Counted from the stretch's first letter, positions 23,183 through 35,382 are shown. The stretch: DNA of 64,000 nt from Mobula hypostoma (GCF_963921235.1 NC_086097.1:121212001-121276000); one strand, 5' to 3'. Translations and numbers: made by a program. Notes: generated by a model not told the origin, from the sequence alone.

Positions 23183-25800
23183 TAAGAAATCGCAGGGGTA
23201 AAAGGACCCTAATGGCAGTTATTTATAGGCCTCTAAACAGCTGCAGTGATGTGGACTACAAATTACAACAGGAAATAGAAAAGGCTTGTTAGAAGGGCAG
23301 TGTTATGATAATTGTGGGGGATTTTAACATGCGAGTGGATTCGGAAAATCAGGTTGGCACTGGATCTCAAGAGAGAGTACTTGCAGAATGTCTGCTAGAT
23401 GGCTTTTTAGAACAGCTTGTTGTTGAGCCCACTAGGGGATCGGCTGTACTGGATTGGGTATTGTGTAATGAACCGGAGGTGATTAGAGAGATTGAGGTAA
23501 AGGAACCCTTAGGAGGCAGTGATCATAACATGATTGAGTTCACTGTGAATTTTGAAAAAGAGAAGCCGAAATCTGATGTGTCGGTATTTCAGTGGAGTAA
23601 AGGAAATTACAGTGGCATGAGAGATGAACTGGCCAAAGTTGACTGGAAAGGGACACTGGCGGGAAGGACGGCAGAGTAACAGTGGCTGGAGTCTATGCGA
23701 GAAGTGAGGATGGTGCAAGACAGGTATATTCCAAAGAAGAAGAAATTTTCGAATGGAAAAAGGATGCAACCGTGGTTGACAAGAGAAGTCAAAGCCAAAA
23801 TTAAAGCAAAGGAGAGGGCATACAAGGAAGCAAAAATTCGTGAGAAAACAGAGGATTGGGAAGTTTTTAAAAGCTTACAAAAGGAACTAAGAAGGTCATT
23901 AAGAGGGAAAAGATTAATTATGAAAGGAAGCTAGCAAATAATATCAAAGAGGATACTAAAAGCTTTTTCAAGTATATAAAGAGTAAAAGACAGGTGAGAG
24001 TAGATATAGGACCAATAGAAAATGATGCTGGAGAAATTGTAATGGGAGAGAAGGAGATGGCAGATGAACTGAACGAGTATTTTGCATCAGTCTTCACTGA
24101 GGAAGACATCAGCAGTATACCGGACACTCAAGGGTGGCAGGGAAGAGAAGTGTGCACAGTCACAATTACGACAGAGAAAGTACTCAGGAAGCTGAATAGT
24201 CTAAAAGGTAGATAAATCTACTGGACCAGATGGAATGCACCCTCATGTTCTGAAGGGAGTAGCTGTGGAGATTGCAGAGGCATTAGCGATGATCTTTCAA
24301 AAGTTGATAGATTCTGGCATGGTTCCTGAGGACTGGAAGATTGCAAATGTCACTCCGCTATTTAAGAAGGGGGCAAGGAAGCAAAAAGGAAATTATAGAC
24401 CTGTTAGCTTGATATCGGTGGTAGGGAAGTTGTTGGAGTTGATTGTCAAGGATGAGGTTACAGAGTACCTGGAGGCATATAACAAGATAGGCAGAAATCA
24501 GCATGGATTCCTTAATGGAAAATCCTGCTTGACAAACCTATTACAATTTTTTGAGGAAATTACAAGTAGGCTAGACAAGGGAGATGCAGTGGATGTTGTA
24601 TATTTGGATTTTCAGAAGGCCTTTGACAAGGTGCCACACATGAGGCTGCTTAACAAGATAAGAGCCCATGGAATTACGGGAAAGTTACATACATGGATAG
24701 AGCGTTGGCTGTTTGGCAGGAAACAGAGAGTGGGAATAAAGGGATCCTATTCTGGTTGGCTGCCGGTTACCAGTGGTGTTCCACAGGGGTCCGTGTTGGG
24801 GCTGCTTCTTTTTACATTGTACATCAGCGATTTGGATTATGGAATAGATGGCTTTGTGGCTAAGTTTATGCTGACGATACAAAGATAGGTGGAGGGGCCG
24901 GTAGTGCTGAGGAAACAGAGAGTTTGCAGAGAGACTTGGATAGATTGGAAGAATGGGCAAAGAAGTGGCAAATGAAATACAATGTTAGAAAGTGTATGGT
25001 TCTGCACTTTGTCAGAAGAAATAAACGGGCAGACTATTACTTAAATGGGGAAAGAATTCAAAGTTCTGAGATGCAACGGGACTTGGGAGTCCTCGTACAG
25101 GATACCCTTAAGGTTAACCTCCAGGTTGAGTCGGTGGTGAAGAAGGCGAATGCAATATTGGCATTCATTTCTAGAGGAATAGAGTATAGGAGCAGGGATG
25201 TGATGTTGAGGCTTATAAGGCGCTGGTGAGACCTCACTTGGAGTATTGTGGGCAGTTTTGGTCTTATTTAAGAAAGGATGTGCTGACATTGGAGAGGGTA
25301 CAGAGAAGATTCACTAGAATGATTCCGGGAATGAGAGGGTTAACATATGAGGAACAGTTGTCCTCTCTTGGACTGTATTCCTTGGAGTTTAGAAGAATGA
25401 GTGGAGATCTCATAGAAACATTTCGAACGTTGAAAGGCATGGACAGGGTGGATGTGGTAAAGTTGTTTCCCATGATTGGGGAGTCTAGTATGAGAGGGCA
25501 TGACTTAAGGATTGAAGGGTGCCCATTCAGAACAAAGATGCGAAGAAATTATTTTAGCCAGAGGGTGGTGAATCTATGGAATTTGTTGCCACAGGCAGCA
25601 GTGGAGGCCAAGTCATTGGGTGTATTTAAAGCAAAGATTGATAGGTATCTGAGTAGCCAGGGCATTAAAGGTTATGGTGAGAAGGCGGGGGAGTGGGACT
25701 AAATGGGAGAATGGTTCAGCTCATGATTAAATGGCGGAGCAGACTCGATGGGCCGCATGGCCGACTTCTGCTCCTTTGTCTTATGGTCTATGGTCTTATA
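23183..25800 (+). mobile_element. 5'-truncated CR1, (TATGGTCT)n-tail subfamily
   Basis: ORFs 23305-23679, 24235-24888, 24924-25229 and 25226-25702. Splits the gypsy RT motif EWKTA..|TPTAHYKYLVM. Confidence 0.93.
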
Positions 25801-26432
25801 ACACCCACTGCCCACTACAAATATTTGGTTATGCTTTTTGAATTTCCAACAGTCCAGCCATTTTCCAAGCCTTCAACAAGATCCTCTGTGACAGGCTACA
25901 CAGGTATGTGTTCATCTGCAATGATGACATCCTCATCTTCTCCAAGGATCCCTAAGGCCACATCGTTCACATCGTTCAGTCCTTCAGCGTCTCTTCGAAA
26001 ACCAGCTGTACTACAAGTTTGAGAAATGCCAGATCCACACCTGAATCATCTCCTTCCTGGGATATATCCATTTCACCTAAAGGCATAACTGTGGACCCAG
26101 AGAAAGTGTGCACCTTCATTGAATGGTCACATCCAAGCTACCTCAAACAGTTACAGTGCTTCTTGGACTTCTCCAACATCTACTACTGTTTCATTAGAAA
26201 CTACAGCCAAATCGCCACACCTTTCACTCCACTCAGAAAGTCATCTACCTTACGTTAACCTTGTCTGCTGCTGTGAGCTATGCTTGTAAGGAGCTCAAGA
26301 AATGCTTCACCACTGCTCCCATCCTATGCCACGCAAACCCCTCCGGACCTTTTGTGGTAGAGGTGGATGTATCTATGTGGGTGTTGGGAACATCTTGACC
26401 TAGCAAGGATCGGATAAGAAGACACTCCTTCA

Positions 26433-26855
26433 TGTCATGACGTACGCAGGCAAGGTCAGAACCCAAGTGCGGAGGAAAGACAGACTCCCATGTAGAAATG
26501 GCGATGAGAGTTTATTCATAAGAATTCCAAAAGAACTTTCATGGATCGGCTGACCGACACCGCAAAATGTAACATTCTCAAAACTAGGACCCTGCAATTA
26601 TCACTAATCAGCAGTCCACTTCAATAATACAAGTAATACAGAATTCCCAAGCCTATCAAAATAGACTTTACAAATTTTTGTAAGAAGCACCAGGAGACCG
26701 CATTACAAAGAGCAAGTCACTTGAGAAAAAAACATAAGGAATTCTAAATGATTAAGGACTCTCATTAAACAACAATTAACCAATCCAGGTGTTCTTAAAA
26801 ACCTTGGAGCCTAATGCTCTTCAGTTCCCTGCACAAATCTAAAGAGCTCATTACA
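26433..26855 (-). repeat. solo LTR (sushi-type) in reverse orientation
   Basis: 423 bp bounded TGTCA...TTACA. CCCAAGTGCGGAG is the reverse complement of the CTCCGCACTTGGG seen near the 3' end of LTR 10631-11056. Interrupts the RNase H HPCA motif; TSD only imperfect (TCCTT/CCCTT). Confidence 0.7.
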
Positions 26856-28019
26856 CCCTTGTGCCTGCTTCTTGCATAAGTTCAACTCTTCACAGCACCA
26901 TTATGATCTGGGAGAGAAGGAGCTACTCACCATTAAATAGGCCTTGGAAGAATGGAGACATTGGCTGATAGAAAACACCAAGCAGTTCCTGATTTCATGG
27001 ATTTCATCACGAGTTTGCCACCTTCTGATGGGGCCATGATGATCATGACAGTGGTGGACCGGTTCTCCAAGGTGGCCCACTTCATTACTCTCTGCAAACT
27101 TCCATCAGCTGCTGAGGCGGCAGACCCGGTTCGCCACCATGTCATTCATGGTTTCCCTCAGGATATTGTATTGGACAGGGGCCCGCAATTAGTCTTGCAC
27201 TTCTGGCAAGCCTTCTGCTCCCTCATCGGCATCTCAGTGAGTTTGTCCTCTGGCTATCATCAGCAGACCAACAGTCATCAGAAAAAGCCAATCAGCAAGT
27301 TGTAAAAGTGTCTGCGATGCCTTGCCACCTCCAACTCTCTGGAAGAAGTATCTGCTCTGGGCCAAACTATCCCACAATCTACACACCTCCTCTGCAACAG
27401 GTAGGTCATGGCTACCAACTCCGGATGGCTCTTCCGCCGGAACAATGTTAGAGGTCCCATCCACCAGGACCCTGGTTTGCTGATGCTGGTATGCTTGGAA
27501 GAGCTCACAGAGGACTACACTAGCTGCCAAGCATACCTACTGCTGGTAGACTAATTGTTGTTGGTGCCCAGTCAGACTACTTAGGCCTGGAGACCATGTC
27601 TGGCTGTCCACCTGTGATCTGGCCCTGTCCATTGACTCCTGCAAGCTTTTGTCCCAGTTTATTGATCCCTTTAAGATTATTCATAATATCAACCCAGTTA
27701 CTTACCATCTCTAGCTACCACTGTCCCTCAGGATCACACCTACCCTCCACATGTACTGCCTCAAGCCTGTTATGAATGGATCACTCAACCTGAGCCTGCA
27801 CCTTTGGAACCAAGAATGGTGGAAGGTGATCCAGTGTACATGGTTTGCTGGTTGATGGATTCAAGTCTTTGTGGACAGGGTGTGCAGTACCTGGTTGACC
27901 AGGAATTGTATAGTTGAGACGAAAGGTCTTTGGTGCTGTCTAGATTCAACTTAGATCCATCACTCATGGAGAAGATCCACCAGACCCATCCAGATCATCC
28001 TGGGCCATCATATGCCAGC

Positions 28020-28357
28020 TGTAGAATGAGGTCCCATCAGACCTGCACAGGCAGGCACCTTCCAGTTCCCACCCTGCTAACAGGAGTCACCTGCAAGTTT
28101 CCAACTCATCACCTGCAGCCTATTTAAACCCTGCACTTATCCACAGCCCTTGTTCACTCATCAAACCAGCCAGCCCTAACCCAGTTGCTCCTAGCTTTCA
28201 GTTATCTTGCTGCCTTGTCACATCAAGTATCTGCACTCTCTTGTTTTGAGGCCCCCTGTGGCTTGCTATTTTGCAGCTTATTAGAAAAATACCATTTACT
28301 GCTAAATTGTCTCCACTGCTTTGCTTTTGGATCAAACCTCCTCTACATTTCCTGACA
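28020..28357 (+). repeat. 3' LTR of the second gypsy element
   Basis: Follows the chromodomain. TGTAG start, TATTTAAA at ~28121, ends TGACA. Confidence 0.6.
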
Positions 28358-28740
28358 CCTTCAATATATCTTTGCTATGGACTGCTTAAATAACAGGTTC
28401 AACTCTGGTAAGCTATGGTTTTCATCAACTTCCAAAAATTGGCAACAATGCCTTTGACCAGTCTCCATGCACCAGTGATTATTTCTATGTCCACTGTTGA
28501 CTATGACAGAGAGAACAAGACAACCTCAGCACTTATATGCTGCACTTCTTGAGTTTCGCATTCCATCTTCTGTATTCTCCATCACTGAGTTCTCCTATTT
28601 CCAGATATTACCAGTACCTCACTTCCAATCAAAACCTACTAAGTCCCAGGTCATCCCTTCATCATTCCTTGGATCTCACCTTTTATCTCCAATCAATTCC
28701 AGCTTCAAATTTTTGCTGTCCATGTAATCACCCATTCTAA
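28358..28740 (-). mobile_element. ancient CR1 endonuclease-region relic
   Basis: Degenerate reverse-strand similarity to the LDLV.GNEPG / SDH / ..WE.FK region. Confidence 0.5.
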
Positions 28741-30237
28741 AGAGTATTCAGTCTCAATATCACTCTGAGAGCTATTGATCCTTGTAAGCATTCACATCAG
28801 ATTGGTTGAAGGACTTTGAGTCAGTCTTCCTCTAGAAGAGGAAACAATGAGCAAGAGGGGAAAGATATCAAAGTTTCAATGGCAATGAACCAAGAAGTGT
28901 GGAAGTAAATAATACCTGTCCAAAGACAATAACAAATATACCTTAATCGCAGTTTTTTTCATCTTAGAAACATAGAAACGTCGAAAACCTACAGCACAAT
29001 ACAGGCCCTTTGGCCCAGAAAGCTGTGCCGAACATGTCCATATCTTAGAAATTACCAAGGGTTACCTATAGCCCACTGTTTTTCTGAGCTCCATGTATCT
29101 GTCCAGGAGTCTCTTAACAGAACCTGTCCTATCCACCTCCACCACTGTTGCAGGCAGCCCAATCCATGCACTCACCACTCTCTGCGTTTAAAAAAAAAAT
29201 CACCCCTGACATCTCCTCTGTACCTGCTTCCAAGCACCTTAAAACTGTGCCCTCTCATGCTAGCCATTTCAGCCCTGGGAAAAAACCTCTGACTATCCAC
29301 ACGATCAATGCCTCTCATCATCTTATATACCTCTAACAAGTCACCTCTCATCCTCCGTCACTCCAAGGGAAAAAGGCCGAGTTCACTCAACCTATTCTAA
29401 TAAGGCATGCTCCCCAATCCAGGCAACATCCTTGTAAATCTCCTCTGCACCTTTTCTATGGTTTCCACATCCTTCCTTTAGTGAGGTGACCAGAACAGAG
29501 CACAGTTCTCCAAGTGGGGTCTGTCCAGGGCCCTATATAACTGCAACATTACCTCTCGGCTCCTAAACTCAATCCCACAATTGATCAAGGCCAATGCACT
29601 GTATACTTTCCTAACCACAGAATCAACCTGCGCAGCAGCTTTGAGTGTCTTATGGACTTGGATCCCAAGATCCCTCTGATCCTCCACACTGCCAAGAGTC
29701 TTACCATTAATACGATATTCTGTCATCATATGTGACTTACCAAAATGAACCACCTCACACTTAACTGGGTTGAACTCCATCTGCCACTTCTCAGCCCAGT
29801 TTTGCATCCTATCAATGCCCCGCTGTAAACTCTGACAGCCTTCCACACTATCCACAACATCTCCAACCTTAAATAACAGGTTCAACTCTGGTAAGCTATG
29901 GTTTTCATCAACATCCAAAAATTGGCAACACTAAAGCAAATGCCTTTGACCAGTCTCCATGCACCAGTGATTATTTACTAACCCATCCCTCCACTTCCTC
30001 ATCCAAGTCATTTAAAAAAATCACGAACATTAGGGGTCCCAGAACAGTTCCCTGAGGCACACCACTGGTGACCGACCTCCATGCAGAATATGACCCGTCT
30101 ACAAACTGTCTTTGCCTTCCGTGGGCAAGCCAGTTCTGGATCCACAAAGCAATGTCCCCTTGGATCCCATGCCTCCTTACTGTCTCAATAAGCCTTGCAT
30201 GGTATACCTTGTCAAATGCCTTGTTGAAATTCATATA

Positions 30238-31780
30238 CAGGTTTCCCCCGCCATCCGAAGGTACAGCGTTCCTATGAAACGGTTCGTAAGCCGGAATGTC
30301 GTAAAGCGAAGAAGCAATTACCATTTATTTATATGGGAAATTTTTGTAGTGTTCGCAGACCCAAAAATAACCTACCAAATCATGCCAAATAACACATAAA
30401 ACCTAAAATAACAGTAACATATAGTAAAAGCAGGAATGATATGATAAATACACAGCTTATATAAAGTAGAAATACTTTTCGACGGTCATTGCCTGAACTG
30501 TTCTCCGTAGGGAAAATCTCACGCAAGCGCCATCGGCAAAAGCACGGCGCAAGCGCTCTCCAGTAACCTTTAAGCTATGAAGCTGCCAAATCATACCAAA
30601 TAACACAGCCGATATAAAGTAGAAATAATGCATGTACAGTGTAGTATCACTTACCGGAATTGGGACTGTGCTGAGCACACTAATGGTGTGTTAGACTGAG
30701 TCATCGGAGTTTGGGTGGTGCAGTGGCCCCCACCCTCCGGGCGGCGAACTGATACTGATCCGTGAAGCATGCAGCGGTAGCCGGGAGGCACACAGCACAT
30801 CTTTAAGAAAAAAGCCGAAATAAACATGCTAATTAATTAGGTGCCGCCCGGCATGTATTTGTCGGCCCAGATCAGTGCCGATTGCCAATTGCATCGCCTC
30901 TGATCTGGTTCGACAATTACGTGTCGGGCAGCACCTAATTAATTAGCATATTTATTTCAGCTTTTTTCTTAAAGATGTGCTGTGTGTCTCCCGGCTACTG
31001 CTGCATTCTCCACGAATTGGTATCTGTCCGCGGCCTGGGAGTTGGGGTGGTAGGACACTGGGGTGTCATCTCATCGTCTGTTCCCATTAGGGTAGGCAGC
31101 TCATCTTCTCCTATGACTGCCCGCCTCGATGTCGAAGTTGAGGTTCGTCGTCTGCTGTGGCTGATGTGGAAGGTTTTCTTGACTGCTGAGCCTCTCACAT
31201 TTTTCTATCATACAGTTCTTTGTAGACGCTCAAACCATCCTGCAAATATCCCTAAACCGACGTACCCTTTCAAAATTAAAGTCGTACTTCATCATTACTC
31301 GTTCGGTTTTGATTGTTATTCTTTCCTCTTCCAATTACATCAGCTCTTCATCTATCAGTTCTTGGTCATGGGATGCCAAAACCTCTTCAACATCATGTTC
31401 ATCAGCTTCCACAAGCCAAACTCACTTAGTCCTTACTTCGTTCACTACGATTAAAATGCTTAATTATGTCTAGTTTTATGCTAAGTGTAACACCCTTACG
31501 AGCTCTTTCAGGCTTTTCCGATACCATAGAACTCATCTTGCAAACGGCTGCTCACAGGCACGTGTTTAAGCAATGCCGGCGAGAATGCTGTTCCGAATCC
31601 GGGGGAGAGCGGCTGCTAGGGGCACGCGCTGCCTTTTATCGCGCGCTGATTTTTTTTCACGCGCTGCCTTTCTTCGTAACAGTGAAAACACCTTCTGTTA
31701 GTGAAAACAGGGTACTAATGTAGGTCTTTCGTAACAGTGAGGTTTCGTAAAGCCAACGTTCAAAAAGCGAGGGACGCCTA
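30238..31780 (-). mobile_element. Tigger/pogo non-autonomous DNA transposon
   Basis: TA|CAGGTTTCCCCCG...GAGGGACGCCTA|TA. Internally deleted transposase remnant; homologous to 38822-40433. Confidence 0.9.
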
Positions 31781-31921
31781 TACACTACATCTACTGCCCT
31801 ACTTTTATCAATATGTTTAGTCACATCCTCAAAAAATTCAATCAGGCTCGTAAGGCATGAAACACACTATTAAAATTGCTGGTGAATGCAGCAGGCCAGG
31901 CAGCATCTACAGGGAGAAGTA

Positions 31922-31959
31922 CAGTCGACGTTTCGGGCTGTGACCCTTCATCAGGACTA
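31922..31959 (-). ncRNA. minimal type-I hammerhead ribozyme
   Basis: Minus strand UAGUC-CUGAUGA-A-GGGU(CACA)GCCC-GAAAC-GUC-GACUG: complete core, helix I UAGUC/GACUG, 4-bp helix II, palindromic ACGU helix III. Confidence 0.85.
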
Positions 31960-33582
31960 ACTGAAAGAAGAGATAGTAAGAGATTTGAAAGTGGGAGGGG
32001 GAGGGGGAGATCCAAAATGATAGGAGAAGACAGGAGGGGGAGGGATGGAGCTAAGAGCTGGACAGGTGATTGGCAAAAGGGATATGAGAGGATCATGGGA
32101 CAGGAGGCCTAGGGAGAAAGAAAAGGGGAAGGGGGAATCCTAGAGGATGGGCAAGGGGTATAGTGAGAGGGACAGAGGGAGAAAAAAAAAATAAATACAT
32201 AAATAATTAACAGATGGGGTACCAAGGAGAGGTGGGGCATTAACAGAAGTCAGAGAAGTCAATGTTCATGCCATCAGGTTGGAGGCTACCCAGGCGGAAT
32301 ATAAGGTGTTGTTCCTCCAGCCTGAGTGTGGCTTCATCGTTACAGTAGAGGAGGCCATAGATAGACATATCAGAATCGGAATGGGACGTGGAATTAAAAT
32401 GTGTGGCCACTGTGAGATCCTGCTTTCTCTGGTGGACAGAGAATAAGTGTTCAGTGAAACGGTCTCCCAGCCTGCATGGGGTCTCGCCAATATATAGAAG
32501 GCCACATCGGGAGCACCGGACGCAGTATATAACTCCAGCCAACTCACAGGTGAAGTGTTGCCTCACCTCTAAGGACGGTCTAGGGCCGTGAATAGTGGTG
32601 AGGGAGGAAGCGTAAGGGCATGTGTAGCACTTGTTCCACTTGCAAGGATAAGTGCCGGGAAGGAGATCGGTGGGAAGGGATGGGGGGAGGGGGAATGAAT
32701 GGACAAGGGAGCGATCCCTGCAGAAAGCGGGGGGTGGGGGGGGAGGGAAAGATGTGCTTAGTTGTGGGATCCCGTTGGAAGTGGCAGAAGTTACGGAGTA
32801 TTATATGTTGGACCCGGAGGCTGGTGGGGTGGTAGGTGAGGACAAGGGGAACCCTATTCCTAGTGGAGTGGCGGGAGAATGGGGTGAGAGCAGATGTGTA
32901 TGAAATGGGAGAGATGCATTTGAGAGCAGAGTTGATGGTGGAGGAAGGGAAGCCCCTTTCTTTAAAAAAGGAGGTCACCTCCTTCGTCCTGGAACGAAAA
33001 GCTTCATCCTGAAAGCAGATGCGGCGGAGATGGAGGAATTGCGAGAAGGGGATGGCATTTTTGCAAGAGACAGGGTGAGAAGAGGAATAGTCCAGATAGC
33101 TGTGAGAGTCCGTAGGCTTATAGTAGACATCAGTAGATAAGCTGTCTCCAGAGATAGAGACAGAAAGATCAAGAAAGGGGAGGGAGGTGTCGGAAATGGA
33201 CCAGGTAAACTTGAGGGCAGGGTGAAAGTTGGAGGCAAAGTTAATGAGGTCAACGAGCTCAGCATGCATGCAGGAAGCAGCGCCAATGCAGTCATCGATG
33301 TAGCGAAGGAAAAGTGGGGGACAGATACCAGTATAGGCTTGGAACATGGATTGCTTCATATAGCCAAACAAAAAGGCAGGCATAGCTGAGACCCATACAG
33401 GTTTCCGTGGCTACACCTTTAGTTTGGAGGAAGTGGGAGGAGCCAAAGAAGAAATTATTAGGAGTAAAGACTAATTCCGCTAGATGGAGCAGAGTGGTGG
33501 TAGAAGGGAACTGGTTAGGTCTGGAATCCAAAAATAAGCGGAGAGCTTTGAGACCTTCCTGCTGGGGGATGGAAGTATATAG

Positions 33583-34448
33583 TGTGACGAGAATACACAT
33601 AAAATTAAGATGTTTGCTGGCCTGGGTTAGCATCAGTGGCATCAGTAAGTGGTCTGCCACCTGTCCTCAGGGGAAGGAGAGATAAGGAACAATGGAGCAC
33701 CGTCTGGAGATGTGTAATGAAGGGACGGGAGAGAGAGCTGCCTGGAGCGGCTCCCCCTTTGAACCCTGAACTGTTTGAAGTGATGGACAGGCGATACCCC
33801 AGCAGGGGGATAAAAAGGGACAGATTCGCTAAGGCAAGACACACACGACACCCGAGGTAACGAGACCCTGGAAGCGGTGCGCCTCTCACGAGTCGGTGGG
33901 AAGTACCGCACCTTAAATGCACAGGGTGGAAAGGTACGATCAGCGGGAACCCAGTGTGTGTCCACCCTCGCTTGGGTGCCGGGTTCACTGCAGAGGATCG
34001 ACCGCATCTGGAGGAGGGGTCACAGTCGGTGACCTCAGGTGACATCACAAAGGACCTGCCCGAAAGCTGCTTATGAGCAATATCGCCGGTCTGTGAGTAG
34101 AAGCCGTTTCTGAATGATCAGTCGTTCCCGTTCTCTCTCTCTCCCTCCCCCCACGTTGTCCATTGCCATGGCAACGATTACTGTGAACTGAACTACTAAA
34201 TTGGACTGAACTTTGTGTCACTTTGAAATTGGTCATTTATCCCTAGACAACGATAGAGCTTGATTGACGCTGTTATCTTAATTCTGTGCACATGTGGGTT
34301 TATCATTGCTGAACTGTTGCATTTATTATCCTTTCGATTACTGTGTTGCTTGTTTCTTTAATAAAACTTTCTTAGTTCTAGTAATCCAGACTCCAACTGA
34401 GTGATCCATTTCTACTGGTTTGGCAACCCAGTTACGGGATACGTAACA
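33583..34448 (+). repeat. 866-bp solo LTR
   Basis: TGTGACG...CGTAACA termini, 4-bp TSD ATAG (33579-33582, 34449-34452), GATAAAAA TATA-like box at ~33809, AATAAA at ~34360, CpG-rich. Confidence 0.9.
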
Positions 34449-34989
34449 ATAGGGACTGGACATCCATGGTGAAAATAAAGCGGTGGGGGCCAGGGAACTT
34501 AAAATCATTGAAAAAATTCAGAGCGTGAGAAATGTAAGGCATGACCTGCCTTTCACAAAGCCATGCTGACTATTCCTAATCATATTATGCTTCTCCAAAT
34601 GTTCATAAATCCTGCCTCTCAGGATCTTCTCCATAAACTTACCAACCACTGAAGTAAGACTCACTGGTCTATAATTTTCTGGGCTATCTCTACTCTCTTT
34701 CTTGAATAATGGAACAACTCCTGCAGCCCTCCAATCCTCTGGAAACACTCCAGTCCCCATTGATGATACAAAGATCATTGCCAGAGGCTCAGTAATCTCC
34801 TCCCTCGCCTCCCACACTGGCCTGGGGTACCTCTCGTCCAGTGCCAGTGACTTATCCAATTAGATGCTTTCCAAAACCTCCAACACATCCTCTTTCCTAA
34901 TACAATTGCAAATTCAGCTTGAATTAGTGGTATATGTGATCCAATATGATGGATCATAAAATATAGAACATTACTGTACAGAGTAACGT

Positions 34990-35150
34990 ACACAAAATGC
35001 TGGAGGAACCCAGCAGGTCAGGCAGCATCAATGGAGAGGACACACTGACTGTTTATTCCCCTCCAGAGGTGTTGCATGACCTGCTGAGTTCCTCCAGTAT
35101 TTGTGTGCATTCCTCCAGATTTCCTGCATCTGCAGAATCTATTTTGTTTA
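34990..35150. repeat. Penelope terminal-repeat-derived inverted repeat
   Basis: ACACAAAATGCTGGAGGAACCCAGCAGGTCAGGCAGCA pairs with TGTTGCATGACCTGCTGAGTTCCTCCAGTATTTGTGT. Confidence 0.75.
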
Positions 35151-35382
35151 CACATTACAACACAATACAAGTCCTTCAGCACACAATGTTGTGCTAACAT
35201 TTTAACCTACTCTAAGATCAATCTAATCCTTCCCTCTCACGTAGCCCTCAATTTTGCTATCATCCATGTACCTATATTAGATTTTCTTAAATGCCCTGAT
35301 GTACATTTCTATTCTATTTACACCTTGCCAGCACATTCCACACACTCACTGTACCCTCTCCAATGCTTCCACATCCTCCACA

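Larger units (their letters stand above)
18200..28357 (+). mobile_element. second, older sushi-type Ty3/gypsy element (pol + 3' LTR), fragmented by three insertions
   Basis: Protease-like LVDS (~18307). RT pieces at 18700-18915 (GAGFFFVKKK), 23021-23182 and 25801-26430. Integrase 26990-27780 (MDFITSLP, VDRFSK), chromodomain-like VQYLVD at ~27880, and an LTR ending CCTGACA at 28357. Confidence 0.85.
31862..34510 (-). mobile_element. Penelope-like element (RT + GIY-YIG endonuclease), 5'-truncated, interrupted by a solo LTR
   Basis: GVIYCVRCSRCGLLYIGET...RFTEH (GIY-YIG, 32240-32566), LRYIDDC and LPFLDL (RT). MDVQSL|YTSIP is split by the LTR. Terminal repeat with hammerhead at 31862-31975. Confidence 0.93.
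28965..34905 (-). mobile_element. CR1 split into pieces (28965-30237, 31781-31860, 34511-34905) by Tigger and Penelope
   Basis: ORFs 29478-29918, 29971-30324 and 34518-34859. The VDVV|YMNF motif is split at the Tigger TA. GTAAGGCATGA is duplicated on both sides of the Penelope (31850-31860, 34534-34544). Confidence 0.88.
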
